Positions 37,500 to 50,080 of a stretch of 64,000 nt of DNA are shown here, in pieces. The DNA is from Squalus acanthias (Eukaryota). The notes beneath the pieces were generated by a model that was not told the origin of the DNA, made no database searches, and was given only the letters and a program-made list of their open reading frames with translations. Position 1 is the first letter of the stretch, and each line of letters begins with the position of its first letter. The stretch covers positions 109,432,001-109,496,000 of the forward strand of contig CM059431.1 of assembly GCA_030390025.1 (NCBI GenBank), in the 5' to 3' direction. A program made the position numbers and the translations under genes.

Positions 37500-39462
37500 G
37501 GCCTGAAAATTGGACGTGTGCAGGGGGAGGGGTGCTGGCTGCACGCGCCTGTTCACATGGGCGGAGCGGTAACGTAAAATTGGGCATGTGCCAGGAAATC
37601 CTCGGTGCACTGGGCAGCCTGCCAGTGAGCTTGTGCACAATGGTTCAGAGCACGGAGGAGTCCAGCTCCAACTTGTATCGGGGCTTTGCATGGATCTTGG
37701 AGCCCGTTCTGTTCAACACGGAGGGAGTAGTCAGCTCCAGTCTCAGCAAACCGAGAGATGTCGCTCGTATCACCTGCTGCAGTCTGGAATGAGTCCGTGG
37801 CATAAAACTTAAGGGGCACGGAGACCTTGACAGCCACAGGCAGTGATGTCCACCTGATCAAACACAAGGGAGGCGATTTTGCCAGCCCTGGGGAGGCGAG
37901 TTTGGAGGTGGAACTGCTGGGTAAAAGGCAGAATCTGGGGGCAGGTACCCATCCCGACCCCAACCCACCTCCGTGCCATCTTCCCAGGAGGCGGGTCCCC
38001 GACCCACGCCGGGTCCCGTCTCCTGGAGGCGGGAAGGGGATCACAGCCACTTAACTGCCTGTTAACAGGTCATTAACAGGCAGTTAAGAGGATTATCCCC
38101 ATTTTTCCATCATAGGTGCGGGAAACCCCGCCAGGGTCAGCGAGGCGAGCAGTTTGTCTGCGGGGGTGAGAGGGGTCCAAAATTGCACTGTGGAGGTGAG
38201 TGATGGGTGCAAGTGTGGAGAGGTAAGCATGTGAGGTGAGTGAAAAGTCTTAGAAAAAGTTTCCTTACCTTTGTTTTTTCCTGCAGGCTTCAATCGCTGG
38301 GGATCCGGAGGCTCCGGCATCTCCACGGCAGAGATGACAGAATGGTTGCTGCATTCTCCGATGCAACAGTCATCTGCTTTCTGCTCACAAAATAGGTTTG
38401 GTGAGCCTTGAGTACAAGAACTCACCAAACAACAGAGAATGTCAGTGTTTGACAGTTTCTCAAAGCTGTCAAATGATGACAATCCATCTGTCAGAAATTT
38501 TTGACAGATGAGACGTCATACGCTGACGTTCTCTGTAAGCGGCTTCCCCTTAATTGGCCTGCTTAGCCCACTGGGCGGGCTTAACAAGGTCAATCAAGGG
38601 AAAATAGCGTGGGTTGGCCACAAGTCGATGGAGGCGGGACTAAAACCCGACAAGCAGCAGTCCCGCCTCCAACGCGCCCCCATTGGCAAAATCACCCCCA
38701 AAAAGTTTGATGTTTCAGTGCTGTCCACCTCCTGGTTTGAGGCTTCAGTTGTGGCTGCAGCAGGTGAGACTGCTGGTTACAGTCTCATACATTGCTCCTC
38801 AGTGAAGTTGAGGTATGAAAAGTGCTCCCTTAAGACCTGCTGCGGGTATGGCCTCCTGCACAGTGCCCTCCTTTCTCTTCCCCCCCAGCTGCTCCGACTC
38901 TCTCCTGTCTTCTTCGCTGTTCCCCCTTGTCCTCCGGCCCCATAGGACGACCAATCAGACCACCCATGACTGGAATAAAACTGTTTCCAAGCAGACAGAA
39001 ACAGTCTAGCACCAGCACAAAGTTGTTCCCAGAATACAGACTTCACTTGTGGAACACAGAAAATAGCCCAAAGAGGCCCAGAAGGTAAGCAGCAGCCTAA
39101 GAGGCCAAACCAGAGACTAGCCTATATGGAATGGATGAGCCCCTTTAAAGAGCTCTCCTGCCGGATCCTTTCTGACTGTTAGCACCATGATTTGTTTGGC
39201 GAGTTTATCACGTAGCGAGTCAGGCATACCAATTTCACGAAAGGGTCCTACAACATGCACAGGACCCTTATTTTAATTTTATAATGAGGCCTTTTAATAC
39301 TTCCGGCATGTGCCCTGGATGCCTATGGAGCAGCCCGGTCCAGTATGGCGGGCGGTGCGCTCCTGGCACAGAATGAGTGCACCCACGCCGCCCGTCATAT
39401 TGGACCCTTAGGCGCCCATTTATACCTGCAAAACAGGCGCAACGCGATCGAATTTCTAGGCC
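37500..39462 (-). mobile_element. Internally deleted Harbinger element with HARBI1-like transposase N-terminal remnant
   Basis: Termini GGCCTGAAAATT / AATTTCTAGGCC, TSD not matched. Minus-strand peptides RRPYPQQVLREHFSYLNFTEEQCMRL, HLLQPQLKPQTR and LPVAVKVSVPLKFYATDSFQTAAGDTSDISRFA. Confidence 0.78.
37868..38699 (-). mobile_element. Harbinger-type MITE, family 2, nested in the transposase remnant
   Basis: Termini GGGAGGCGATTTTGCCA / TGGCAAAATCACCCCC. Near-identical to the reverse complement of 49203-50039. Confidence 0.9.
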
Positions 39463-39960
39463 ATTATCTCCCCCAGTTATAGCACTTTGACTCAAAAAAA
39501 TACTTTAAATAATTATTAAGAATATTTCTGTTTTAATGGCCGTTTCTTTGGCAATTTGAAAGGTTCCAGAGGTTGCAGTCTGAACCTTGCCTGAATGATA
39601 GACGAGGACAGCTGAGGCATTTTGATTGCTTTTTAAAGAGAAAAAAAAGCATTTGTTCACAATAAGGAATCCAGATTTGATTGTACTAAAAATCTTGCAT
39701 TCCTAAAGAGCAACTAGAATGTTCTATTATATAGTAGCTGGACTGAACACAAGATAGATAAATGTTTCACTGCCTCCAGCATTGTCAATTCCAACCTCAA
39801 TGAGGCTAGACGAGATCCTTAACAACAGCAAGCCTCACTTTGCTAGCAAATAGTTTCTATTTTTTCCCTGTTTCATGGAAACAATATTTTGGCCTCACCC
39901 ACTGATTGAATCTGTTTTGATGGAAGTGAAATTTAATCTCTGCTCCAATTCTGTCTCCAG

Positions 39961-39980
39961 TACAGTGCCAATCTTGTGAG
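39961..39980 (+). other. Candidate host-gene microexon (20 nt, or 15 nt from the second AG at 39964-39965)
   Basis: TTTAATCTCTGCTCCAATTCTGTCTCCAG|TACAG|TGCCAATCTTGTGAG|GTAAGT in non-repeat sequence. Host gene not identified. Confidence 0.4.
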
Positions 39981-40515
39981 GTAAGTAACTCGTTTGGGAT
40001 CTTCAGTAAGGCTTGCAACACGATCCAGTGACTTATTAAACTCCACCACTCCCAACCCATAATATTTCACTCATTTTATTACTGTCAGTCAGTTGTGTTA
40101 TGTACCTCCTTAAGCTCAATTACTGGAATGTGATGTTATAGGGTGACACACGATGGGAAATGTTTGCTTCAGAAAGACTGATCAGCAAGGACATTTGTAC
40201 GTAAATGCTTCAGGAGAGTCGCAGTATCGAGACTATTGTGGGGATGTGGATTAATGTCCTGTGATCTCAGTAACCTGTGTTTAAATCCACGTTAGATTAA
40301 ATTATCTTCTCCTCTCTGTGATTGTTACAGGTCCGAAGTGAAATATATTTGAGTCATTTCACGCAATTCATTTTTAAAAGTACTGTATTTGAGAGCTAAA
40401 CATAATCAATCGTGTAACGAGGGCTTGTTATAGAGGCATATTTTATATGGTTTCTGCGTTGGTTAGTGAGTGAGTCATATATAAACATAGTGTACACATC
40501 AAGGAAAAACATATT

Positions 40516-41252
40516 GGCCCAACGAACTGTGTACTCTCGCGTATTCGGTCCCGAAGTGCCGGTTTCCTGCATGCACTGCGCATGCGCGGGAAACCGGCAC
40601 TTCCGGTATTGCTAAGGGGGCGGTTCCTAAGTGAACCGCGTGCGCACTACAGGCTGTGCGTACGCAGCACACTTAGGTTTTTTTTCAGGTTTCAACGCGA
40701 GGGTAGGTATTGAAGATTTTACACATGAAGAAAGGAGGCGTAAGACCCCCTTTTAACAAGGTAAGTAGTTAATTAAGTATTATTTTAAATTTTTTTCAAC
40801 AGGTTTATCTTTTTTAGAGACTTTAAAGAAAGGTAAGTTTATTTTTATAACTTTTAAAAAGAATTAAAATTTTTTCAAAAATTTAAATTTTTGTTTAAAG
40901 TGGTTAATTTATTTAACTATAGTTATTTTATTAATGTGATTTAAAAAAAAAAATTATTTGAGGTTTAGCTGTTCTTTTGGGGGCAATTTGTATTCATAGT
41001 TTTGACAGTTCTCCTGTCAAAACTATGAATGAAAGATGGTGTGCTGCCTTTGGCTCTACATGTCCCACGTGATCCCAGAGGTCGCTTCGAACTAACTGCG
41101 CCTCTGGGACACGCACACACTGCGCGCCGGCACCAGGGAGAGGCCCAGGACCAGAAGTTCGTGTGGGCCCGAAACATAAAGGCAGGCGCAGTAGGTAAGA
41201 TCGCGCCGGATCCTTACCCCCGCGGCAACCATCGAAGTCTAATTTCTGGGCC
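40516..41252 (+). mobile_element. Harbinger-type MITE, family 3
   Basis: GGCCC...AATTTCTGGGCC with ATT TSD. Homologous to 34853 and 48071. Confidence 0.88.
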
Positions 41253-41552
41253 ATTATGAAAAATAAACCATCAAGCGATATGGGGTACAGAACTCAAAAA
41301 TGTTACAGGTCAGAGTGTGTTATGTTGGGTTTATCACAATTCCATAATACACCATTTTTTCAAAGTGTATTTTTATGCCCCATATTTTGCTTTCCCTTTA
41401 TCTTAAAGATCTTAATATTTAAAAAAAAAGATTTTGATGACATTCTCTGCAGAATAATATTTGAGCTCACGTTGCAGTTAAGTAACTTTCCCCAGAAACT
41501 TTACAAAACAGCTCCTTGGAATTCTTTACATCCCTGTTTCAATTTGGATCAT

Positions 41553-42130
41553 TGGCCCAGAATTTGCTGGCAAAATAACAGTGAGTTTAACGCGCACGCC
41601 ATTATTAGTGTGTAAACCGACCAGCAACTTGTGGTGAGGAAGAGATACCCCATGAACTGTGAATCGCCACAAGTTGCTGGCCGATTTGTACCACTCCACC
41701 GTTAGCCTCGCGAAAACAGCAGCTCGCTCTCAAGTTCCCCGTGAGTTTGAAGAAATTGCTGCATTTGCGCAATAATTACCAATTAAATTTGTGGTAGAAA
41801 TTTATGGCTGGTACTTTACAGCATAAGTACCATTTTAATGAGGAGATTTATGTTCCTGGAATGCGAATCAACCTCTCTGGCCCAGAAAGGGAACAATTGA
41901 AATTGTTGAGTCTCATACCTACAGGTGATGTTAGAGATTTTTAAAATTTAAAATGTTATTCTTACTTTTTCTTTTTGTCTCTTTTTTTTCTCTCCCTCTT
42001 AATCCTATCTTTCTTTCCCTCTATTTCTCTTTCTGTACCTGGTTTGACTCTAATTCACCCTTCTTCTCCGTCATTCCTCTGCTTCTTTCTCAATCCTTAA
42101 AATCTCATTGGTACAGTTGTTCGCCGAGGT
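41553..42130 (+). mobile_element. Harbinger-type MITE, family 5 (right end unresolved)
   Basis: Starts GGCCCAGAATTT and shares AACCTCTCTGGC...GAGTCTCAT with 56942-57350. Confidence 0.55.
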
Positions 42131-42832
42131 CCCAGATTCCCCGCTGACTGCTACCCACCCTTCCCGATCAGCGGTAACCCCCTCCCGGCTGCCGCTAACC
42201 GCCCGTTCCAATCGCCCTTATATCTTGGTGCCTGCAATACCTCAAAGCATTCTTGAGGGAGGAACCAGAACTGCCTCTGGGCCCGAGCACATGTGGCACT
42301 TCATGGGTAAATCGGGATTTTCTCTGTAGCAATGCTGCCTTTTTTGTTTTACTGCAACTGTGGAATTCACGGCTGAATGAGCAAAGCTTCGGAGAATTAT
42401 ACCAGTTAAGTGACTCATGAGCTATTTGAGAAGTGTTCAAGGATCGTTATCGCATGTGCTCAATAATTGACTGATATTTGCCATGAACAAAATTACTTTC
42501 TCAGAATTTGTACATTTTTATTTTGTATTGAACTGCGGTTTTGCCAGTGGTCCATTAAATTTGACCTGCTATTTTTTTTGTTGTTGAGAAAATAGGAATT
42601 TCTGGCTGAATGTGCTTGAATGCCAATCTCAGAAGAGCATCTTTTATAGCACCAATGCGACTCTTCCATTCTTGTCATATCCTCTAACTGAGGCTGCCAT
42701 TTTTGATATCTCTTCTTGCAAATTATGGGCTGTCTTGTGCCGTGAATTTGCACGCACAACGGCCTCGGTTATGACTATCCAAGTTCATTTTATATAAGAC
42801 TTTTTCTGCCAAGAGAGAGAAGGCTTCCATCC

Positions 42833-42925
42833 CATTCTGCTGAAAGCTCGTCGACCCGAAACGTTAACTCTGTTTCTCTCTCCACGGATGCTGCCTGACC
42901 TGCTGAGTGTTTCCAGCATTTTCCC
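42833..42925 (+). mobile_element. Single-arm copy of the Penelope-like HHR repeat seen at 63620
   Basis: CTGCTGAAAGCTCGTCGACCCGAAACGTTAACTCTGTTTCTCTCTCCACGGATGCTGCC matches the right arm from 63723. Core is mutated. Confidence 0.8.
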
Positions 42926-44057
42926 GATTCTATGTAAGGCTTTCATCCCGGCAGTCAGGGTTGAATTTGGGTCCCTTTTTATATTTCATTAAATTTTTTC
43001 AGAATTCAGACTAATAACTATTTGATTAGCGCAGCATCTGAAATATCCAGAATAGTTGTATCCTGTGTCTCTTGCCATATTTTAAATTTTGTCCATAGAT
43101 TTATTTTCATAACTTAAGTCTTGCTCATGCAACGGAAGAATTAACTGAACAAATATGTGGCGTCACAGAAAATCTTTAAATACTTCCCACATATTCCACA
43201 TCAGCATAAGTTTGTTCACAAAATATCATTTGTATTATTGCATTTGGCAATTTAAATGTATTAAATCAAGCTAATTGAAGTAGTTCTTTAATTTAAATTT
43301 TGCGAATGTTAGTTATCATAAGCCATAATTCATTAATTCAGCAACAACAGAAATTGTAACTAAGAGTTTTGCAGACAGCACGTAAAGATTGTTAATTAGT
43401 ACCATCATTCACTTCAAGAACATTAAATTCGCAAGATGATTTTTTTTTAAGTATCAGATGACCTTAGGCAATCTTTAAATATCTGTCTGATTAACGTTTG
43501 TTAGCCTTGTTACAATGAGGTTTAATAAAATGTGGAAAAGAAAATTTGATATTGATGTGTCTGTTCCTAAAAGCCATTTGATTTATTTTTCACTTGCTAC
43601 TGTTCCAGCTGTTATCCTATTCGGTTATAAATGGTGCATAGTCCCCAGTGAACCGCCATATTGTCAGATGCATTATTTATAGTCTACTTTATAATCAATG
43701 TGGAAAATGTAGAGCTGTCACTCTCTCTTCCTTTACACACTCACTTACTTTTACGGCACTCGAATAGTTACCTACAGCTATCATAATGGCTCCTCACCGT
43801 TAGAAGTAGGGGTGCTTATTGCAAAAATCAGTGTGGAAACTCTTCAGATTAAAAGTTGTGCAGTATACATATATTAAAAATCATATTATAATTGATTATT
43901 AAATACATGGAATGTCAGAATACAGAAAGGCTACTTAGTGGCTGTCAGCAAAATGCAAAGAAGTAATCCAGTTTGAGGATTGGGACAATGTCATAATGTT
44001 CTGATGATGCTACGTTACATTGATCATTTCACCATCTCCACAATCTTGCATAATTTG

Positions 44058-44168
44058 TAAAAAGAAAGACTTGCATTTATATGGCGCCTTTCACGACCTC
44101 AGGACGTCCCAAAACGCTTTACAGCCAATGAATTACTTTTGAAATGTAGTCACTGTTGCAATGTAGGT
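44058..44168 (-). mobile_element. Deu-SINE 3' tail
   Basis: AAAGAAAGACTTGCATTTATATGGCGCCTTTCACGACCTCAGGACGTCCC. Confidence 0.8.
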
Positions 44169-44238
44169 AATTTGTTGCAATGCATTATTTAGCTGATTTC
44201 ACTGATATATTCATTAAAGTTGTTCTGTAAAACATAAG

Positions 44239-44934
44239 GGCCCGTATTTTCCGATCCCTACGGGTGTGTACGAGTTGTGTACACACCCATAGGGACATCG
44301 GAAATGCCGGTTTCAGGCATGCGAAGCGCATGCGCTGAAAACCGGCATTTCCGATCTGTCAAGAATCTTTTTGACAGATCGGACGCCTGCCCGGGAGAAG
44401 GGCCTCTGCGGGTGGAGAGTTCCGCTTTCTGCAGAACCTCCGCCCGCTGAAAACCCTTAAAAATCTTACGCCTGGTAAAAGCAGGCATAAGGCCTACTTT
44501 TACCAGCATAAGAGTTTAAAAAAGTTAAAAAAAAGTTTCACTCATTTATAATTTTAAAATACTTTAAAAAAAGATAAGTTTAATTTTAGCCCCGTAAAAA
44601 ACTTTCATTATTTTTTTCAGAAAATTTAATTTTTGTTTAAAATATTTAATTTAATGTAATTTTAACTCATTTTAAAAACGTGATGGTTTTAAAAAAAATT
44701 TATTTAATGTTTTAGTGTCTTTTTTCACTGATCCCCATTCATACTTTTGACAGGTCTATCTGTCAAAAGTATGAAGAGGGATTCCCTTCTTTCATTGGCT
44801 CGCCTGGCCCACGTGATCCCAGGGACACTTGTGAACCACCTGCGCCGCTGGGATACGTGGGCCCTGTGCATTTCGACTGTGCCCGGACCTCGGGAGCCCG
44901 CACGCAGAAAGCCTCCTATCGGAAATTACTGGCC
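44239..44934 (+). mobile_element. Harbinger-type MITE, family 3 variant b
   Basis: GGCCCGTATTTT / AATTACTGGCC with AAG TSD. Homologous to 58258-58983. Confidence 0.85.
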
Positions 44935-46384
44935 AAGATTGTACAGAATATGACTTTCATGACCAAGAATCTCACTGGACACCAGGCTATTTTTGATTGT
45001 GAATTACCTATCAATTCAGTATCTTCTGTACATTATATTACAATACTATGTATTGTTATGACTGTACAGGGGGGAAAAAAAGTTACAATGTGAGAGTGGA
45101 ATAGCAATCAAAATGCTTTGCTTACATGTTGTGATTATCATGTAACCAAATGAGATTTGGCACCCTTAACCTGACAGCATTGCTTCGAAGTCCTTGAAAT
45201 GACCATGGCATTCGAGTGAACACCTGCCTTTGGCAGATCTGCTGTACATAAAACAGCAGACACTCAGTTTGGTGGCTGACAAATTCCCTATGTAAATGCT
45301 AATGTACGAGTGTGCTGTCTAACCCTTATTGGGGGCAAAAATATCAAAATTGTGTGAAATATGGCAAAGCATAACCATATTTGGAATGCCTGCTCGTGTT
45401 GTTAAATAACGTTTAGTGAACAAGACATATGTCGCACTAAAATTCTCTGCATATTTCATGAAAAGACTATCTTACAGCTCCTTGAGGTTTTGTAAACTTT
45501 TCAGTCTAGCAGTTCCACCAGACATTAAGCAAACTGTAATCAGGGGAAAGTAAAAGGCGACGTTACTCTTTTTGAGCTGCAATATATCTCTTGTGGTAAG
45601 CTGGATACTATGTATTTTCTTAATGCCGCATGGTTTAATTGCAAAATCAATAACCTTATAGTCCATGAACCAGAATTATGAGATCCCCGCACTGAGATTG
45701 CTTGCTATATTAATACATAGTTTGCAGGTCTCCAGAGTACAGTTAACCAATACATAAAAGCTACTGATACAACAGCATTTTCAAATTTCTCTTGCTGAGG
45801 ATGTTCGCAAGGAGCTTTATTGCTCCCACTCTAGCAGAAAGAAATTTAGCTGGAACGGGAGTATCTTGATTTGGATTTGCTGCCGCAGAGGATTCCTTTT
45901 TCAAGCAATCTTGAGAATAGGAAATGTTGTGGGAAGAAATTAATTTGATCACTGTCCTCCACTTCTGGCATTAAACTGCAATTGTGCTGCGTTGCATTAC
46001 AGTAACTTTTATCATTTTGAACTGCCTTGACTTCCAAGCAGCACGCACAATGAATTGTCAGCCTATCTGGCTGTATTGGCATTTGTCTAGGATTTGTGGA
46101 TATTTAAAGTAAAATTGGTGAAGGTTGTTGTACAAGTGAACATTGATTTCTGTGACTGATTATGATCTGATGTATGATCAATAGTGCATTAATTGAAAAC
46201 CATTCTCTTAGTATATATGTTTTTTCTTGCTTGTATTTAGGGGATGGAGAAAATTGAAACAGAACAGAACTAGAAAGTAATTGCTTGCTTTCAAACATCA
46301 TCAATACTAAACGTACACAAATTTCATGCAACCTAGAATGTTGCAGTATAGGATATACCACAACAATGCCACAGGATTGAGTTA

Positions 46385-46713
46385 TTTTTAAATTAATTCT
46401 CAGTGTGTGGGCACTGTTGGTAAGGCTGGCATTTATTGCCCATTCTTAGTTGCCCTGAGAACGTGGAGGTGGGTTGTCTTCTTGAACTGCTGCAATCCAT
46501 ATTCTTCGACACAACTGAATGGCTTGCTCGGCCATTTCAGAGAGGTGATTAAGAGTCAATGGCATTGTTACAGGACTGGAGTCACATATAAGCCAGACCG
46601 GATAAGGACGGCAGGTTTCCTTCCCTAAAGAACATTAGTGAACCAGTTGGGTTTTTACAATAATTTGATAGCTTCATGGTCACTTTTACTGATACAACTT
46701 CTTTTATTTCCAG
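46385..46713 (-). mobile_element. Bipartite non-autonomous element/SINE: LINE-B 5' UTR joined to LINE-B 3' end
   Basis: 46511-46713 is the rc homologue of about 5110-5300. 46385-46500 is the rc homologue of the last ORF codons and tail (about 7950-8060). Confidence 0.78.
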
Positions 46714-46974
46714 TTCCCACTCTACTGGACCAGCAAATTTCCCAGCGCCAGCTTCACTTAAATAATTGAAGGCGGGTGCCTGGTAGTGTTCCTGCCTCCG
46801 ATTGGGAGCTAGTCACTGGGGGGGGGGGGGGCAACTTGAAGGGTCATGCATCATCAGGAAGCACTTGTTGTTGGTAAGCGGGTTCGCAGCTCGTAGTGCA
46901 ACATCTGAGAGGTCTACTACAAGTCACAAAGCCCCCAGGTGTTCTGTGTTGAAATGAGTCTCCTGTGCTCATTT

Positions 46975-47511
46975 CATAAGAACATAAGAATTCGGAGCAG
47001 GAGATTAGGCCATATGGCCCTTCGACCCTGCTCCGCCATTCAATAGGATCATGGCTGATCTTCGACCTTACTCCATCTGCCACCTTATTGTCCACTCACT
47101 TAACCTGTCTATGTCCCTTTGCAGGCTCTTTGTGTCCTCCTCACCTAGCTTTGTATCATCAGCAAACTTGGATACATTGCACTTGGTTCCTTCATCTAAG
47201 TCATTAATATAGATTGTAAATAGCTGAGGCCCAAGCACTGATCTTTGAGGCACCCCACTGGTTACAGCCTGCCAACCGGAAAATGACCCGTTTATCCCAA
47301 CTCTGTTTTCTGTCCATCAACCAATCCTCTGTCCATGCTAATATATTACCCCCAACCCCATGAGCCCTTATCTTGCATAGCAACCTTATACGTGGCAACT
47401 TATTGAATGCTTTTTGGAAATCCAAATAAACTACATCCACTGGTTCCCCTTTATCTACCCTACTAATTACATCCTCAAAAAACTCTAATAAATTTGTTAA
47501 ACACAATTTCC
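46975..47511 (-). mobile_element. Internally deleted CR1 (RT fragment joined to 3' tail)
   Basis: CLTNLLEFFEDVISRVDKGEPVDVVYLDFQKAF and FADDTK, abutting the CR1 tail (CATAAGAA)n. Confidence 0.9.
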
Positions 47512-47519
47512 AGACCCAT

Positions 47520-47712
47520 TCGCGAAATTCATTTAAACTAGTCAGAGCTTCCACTCTGCGGGCCCTAGACGCCAATATTGGAGCCTTTACCAATACGGCA
47601 GACGGCGCACTTCTAGTGAGAAATGTACACGCGCATGCTGCATGCCATATTGGACGCTTAGGCGCTTGTTTTACGCCTGTAAAACTGGTCAGGCTCAACA
47701 AATCTCTCGGCC
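47520..47712. mobile_element. Harbinger-type right-end fragment
   Basis: CATATTGGACGCTTAGGCGC...AAATCTCTCGGCC resembles 39395-39462. Confidence 0.5.
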
Positions 47713-48070
47713 AGAGTTCCTATGGTTAACAAACAAGCCTGTGGAGCAGGCTTGATGGATCAAAATGCAAATTGGGCCTCATTCATGCAAGAGTTGGCAG
47801 GAGCGTTTGATGCCACTTCCCTCCCACCCCCAGTTGTAAAAAGGAAAGTTTCCCAATCCTCAGAACAACCACCAATTACATGGACAAGCATAAATAATCC
47901 CACAACCCCAAAAAACTTTTAAAAATGCATCTTGTACAATTATTCTGTCATATAGAAACTTGACTTTTCTTGCAACTTGCACTTAGAAAAGGGCTAATAA
48001 ATAAAATGTAAGCACCGTAAATTATTCCATAGAATTCCTTCAACAACCAGAACTGCAAGCTTACTATATT

Positions 48071-48835
48071 GGGCCAGAAATTTGGCTCCCTGGCTTCCTG
48101 CGGGTGCAAGGATCGCGCGCGCACCTACCTACTGCGCCTGCCGTTGACCTCTGGGCCCACGGGGACTTCAGCTCCTGGGCCTCCTACAGCTGCCGGTGTG
48201 CAGTGCTTGTGTATCCCAGGGGCGTAGTTAGTGCGATGCGTCCCCTGGGATCACGTGGGCCATGGAGAGCCAATGGCAGCAGACCATCTTTCATTCATAG
48301 ATTTGACAGGAAGACCTGTCAAATCTATGAATACAGATCAGCCCCAAAACATCCCTAAAACTACAAATAAATTAAAAAAAAAATCACATTTTTAAAATAA
48401 CTATAAATTACATTAATTAACTATTTTAAACAAAAATTTTAATTTTTGAGAAAATTAATTACTTTATTTAACGGGGCTAAAACTAAACTTACCTTTCTTT
48501 AAAGTAATTAAAAAAGATAAATCTGTGAAAAAAATGTTTAAATTTTAATAAAATCAACACTTACCTTGTTAAAAGAAGGCCTTGCGCATCCTTTTTAAAA
48601 GTGTATCTTCTCCGTGCTTACCTTCACGGAGGAACCTGTAAAAAAAATCCGAAGTGCGAGGCGAACGTGCTGGCCCTCCGGCGTGCGCGTTCGACCTCTG
48701 AACCCCTTTCCTCAGGGGAACGGAAGTGCCGGTTTCCCGCGCATGCGCAGTGCATGCAAGAAACCGGCACTTTCGTTCCGTCCACGGGTGAGTACACAGT
48801 GCGTACTCACCCGACAACAGCCGTATTTCTGCCCC
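48071..48835 (-). mobile_element. Harbinger-type MITE, family 3 (inverted)
   Basis: GGGCCAGAAATT / TATTTCTGCCCC with ATT TSD. Confidence 0.88.
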
Positions 48836-49202
48836 ATTGTTAATTTGGGTGCAACTGCAGGCTACAAAGGTTTTATAGGTTAAAACAGACAAATCTCAAG
48901 ACACACTGAAGTGCGCTGACAGTTGAGTATGGGTTTATGTGGAATGTAATGTGATGTACTATCCAGTTTTGGAAAACAGGCTTCCAGCGAGCTAATAATG
49001 TAAAAAATGGCCTGAGCCATTTATCCAGCACGTGTTTTTTAATCTAGTGCACTCAATGTCGATGTTATCGCTTAATTATATTACAGCTGTGGGCATTCAA
49101 CTAATAAAAAAGGCTGTGTTCCAATTGCAAGATGTAATTTTATTCTACAATAAAATATATACATTAAGGAAACAGGAAATTACATCACAATCAAGCCTGT
49201 TA

Positions 49203-50039
49203 GGGGGGTGATTTTGCCAATGGGGGCGCGTTGGAGGCGGGACTGCTGCTTATCGGGTTTTAGTCCCGCCTCCATTGACGTCTAGCCAATCCACGCTATT
49301 TTCCCTTGATTGACCTTGTTAATCCTGCTCAGCGGGCTTAGCAGGCCAATTAAGGGAAAGCCGGTGACAGAGAACGTCAGCGTATGATGTTTCATCTGTC
49401 AAAGATTTTTGACAGATGATTTGTCATCGTTTGACAGCTTTGAGAAGCTGTCAAACACTGACATTCTCTGTTGTTTGGTGAGTTCTTGTACTCAAGGCTC
49501 ACCAAACCTATTTCCTGAGCAGAAAGCAGATGGCTGTTGCATCGGAGAATGCAGCAGCCATTCTGTCATCTCTGCCGTGGAGATGCCGGAGCCTCCGGAT
49601 CCCCAACGATTGAAGCCTGCAGGAAGAAACAAAGGTAAGGAAACTTTTTCTAAGACTTTTCACTCACCTCACATACTTACCTCTCCACGCTTGCACCCAT
49701 CACTCACCTCTACAGCGCACTTTTGGACCCCTCTCACCCCCGCAGACAAACTGCTCGCCTCGCTGACCCTGGCGGGGTTTCCTGACGTTGGGAAGCCCGC
49801 ACTTTTGTTGGAAAAATGGGGATAATCCTCTTAACTACCTGTTAACAGGCAGTTAAGTGACTGTGATCCCCTTCCCGCCTCGAGGAGACGGGAGCCGGCG
49901 CAGGTCGGGTACCCGCCTGCTGGGAAGATAGCACGGAGGCAGGTTGGGAGCGGGATGGGTACCCGCCCCCAGATTCTGCCATTTTCCCGGCAGTCCTGCC
50001 TCCAAACCCGCCTCCCCAGGGCTGGCAAAATCGCCTCCC
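49203..50039 (+). mobile_element. Harbinger-type MITE, family 2
   Basis: GGGGGGTGATTTTGCCA / TGGCAAAATCGCCTCCC with TTA TSD. Confidence 0.92.
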
Positions 50040-50080
50040 TTAGAGTTCAATTTGTTAATTTTGTTTCGGATGGTTGTGTG

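Noticed and set aside
49409..49825. Near-identical 130-138 aa ORFs at 49409..49825 (+) and 38093..38482 (-) as a novel protein family
   Set aside because: Both lie inside young family-2 MITE copies. The frame is interrupted or altered in the 13260 and 61812 copies and has no recognisable domain.
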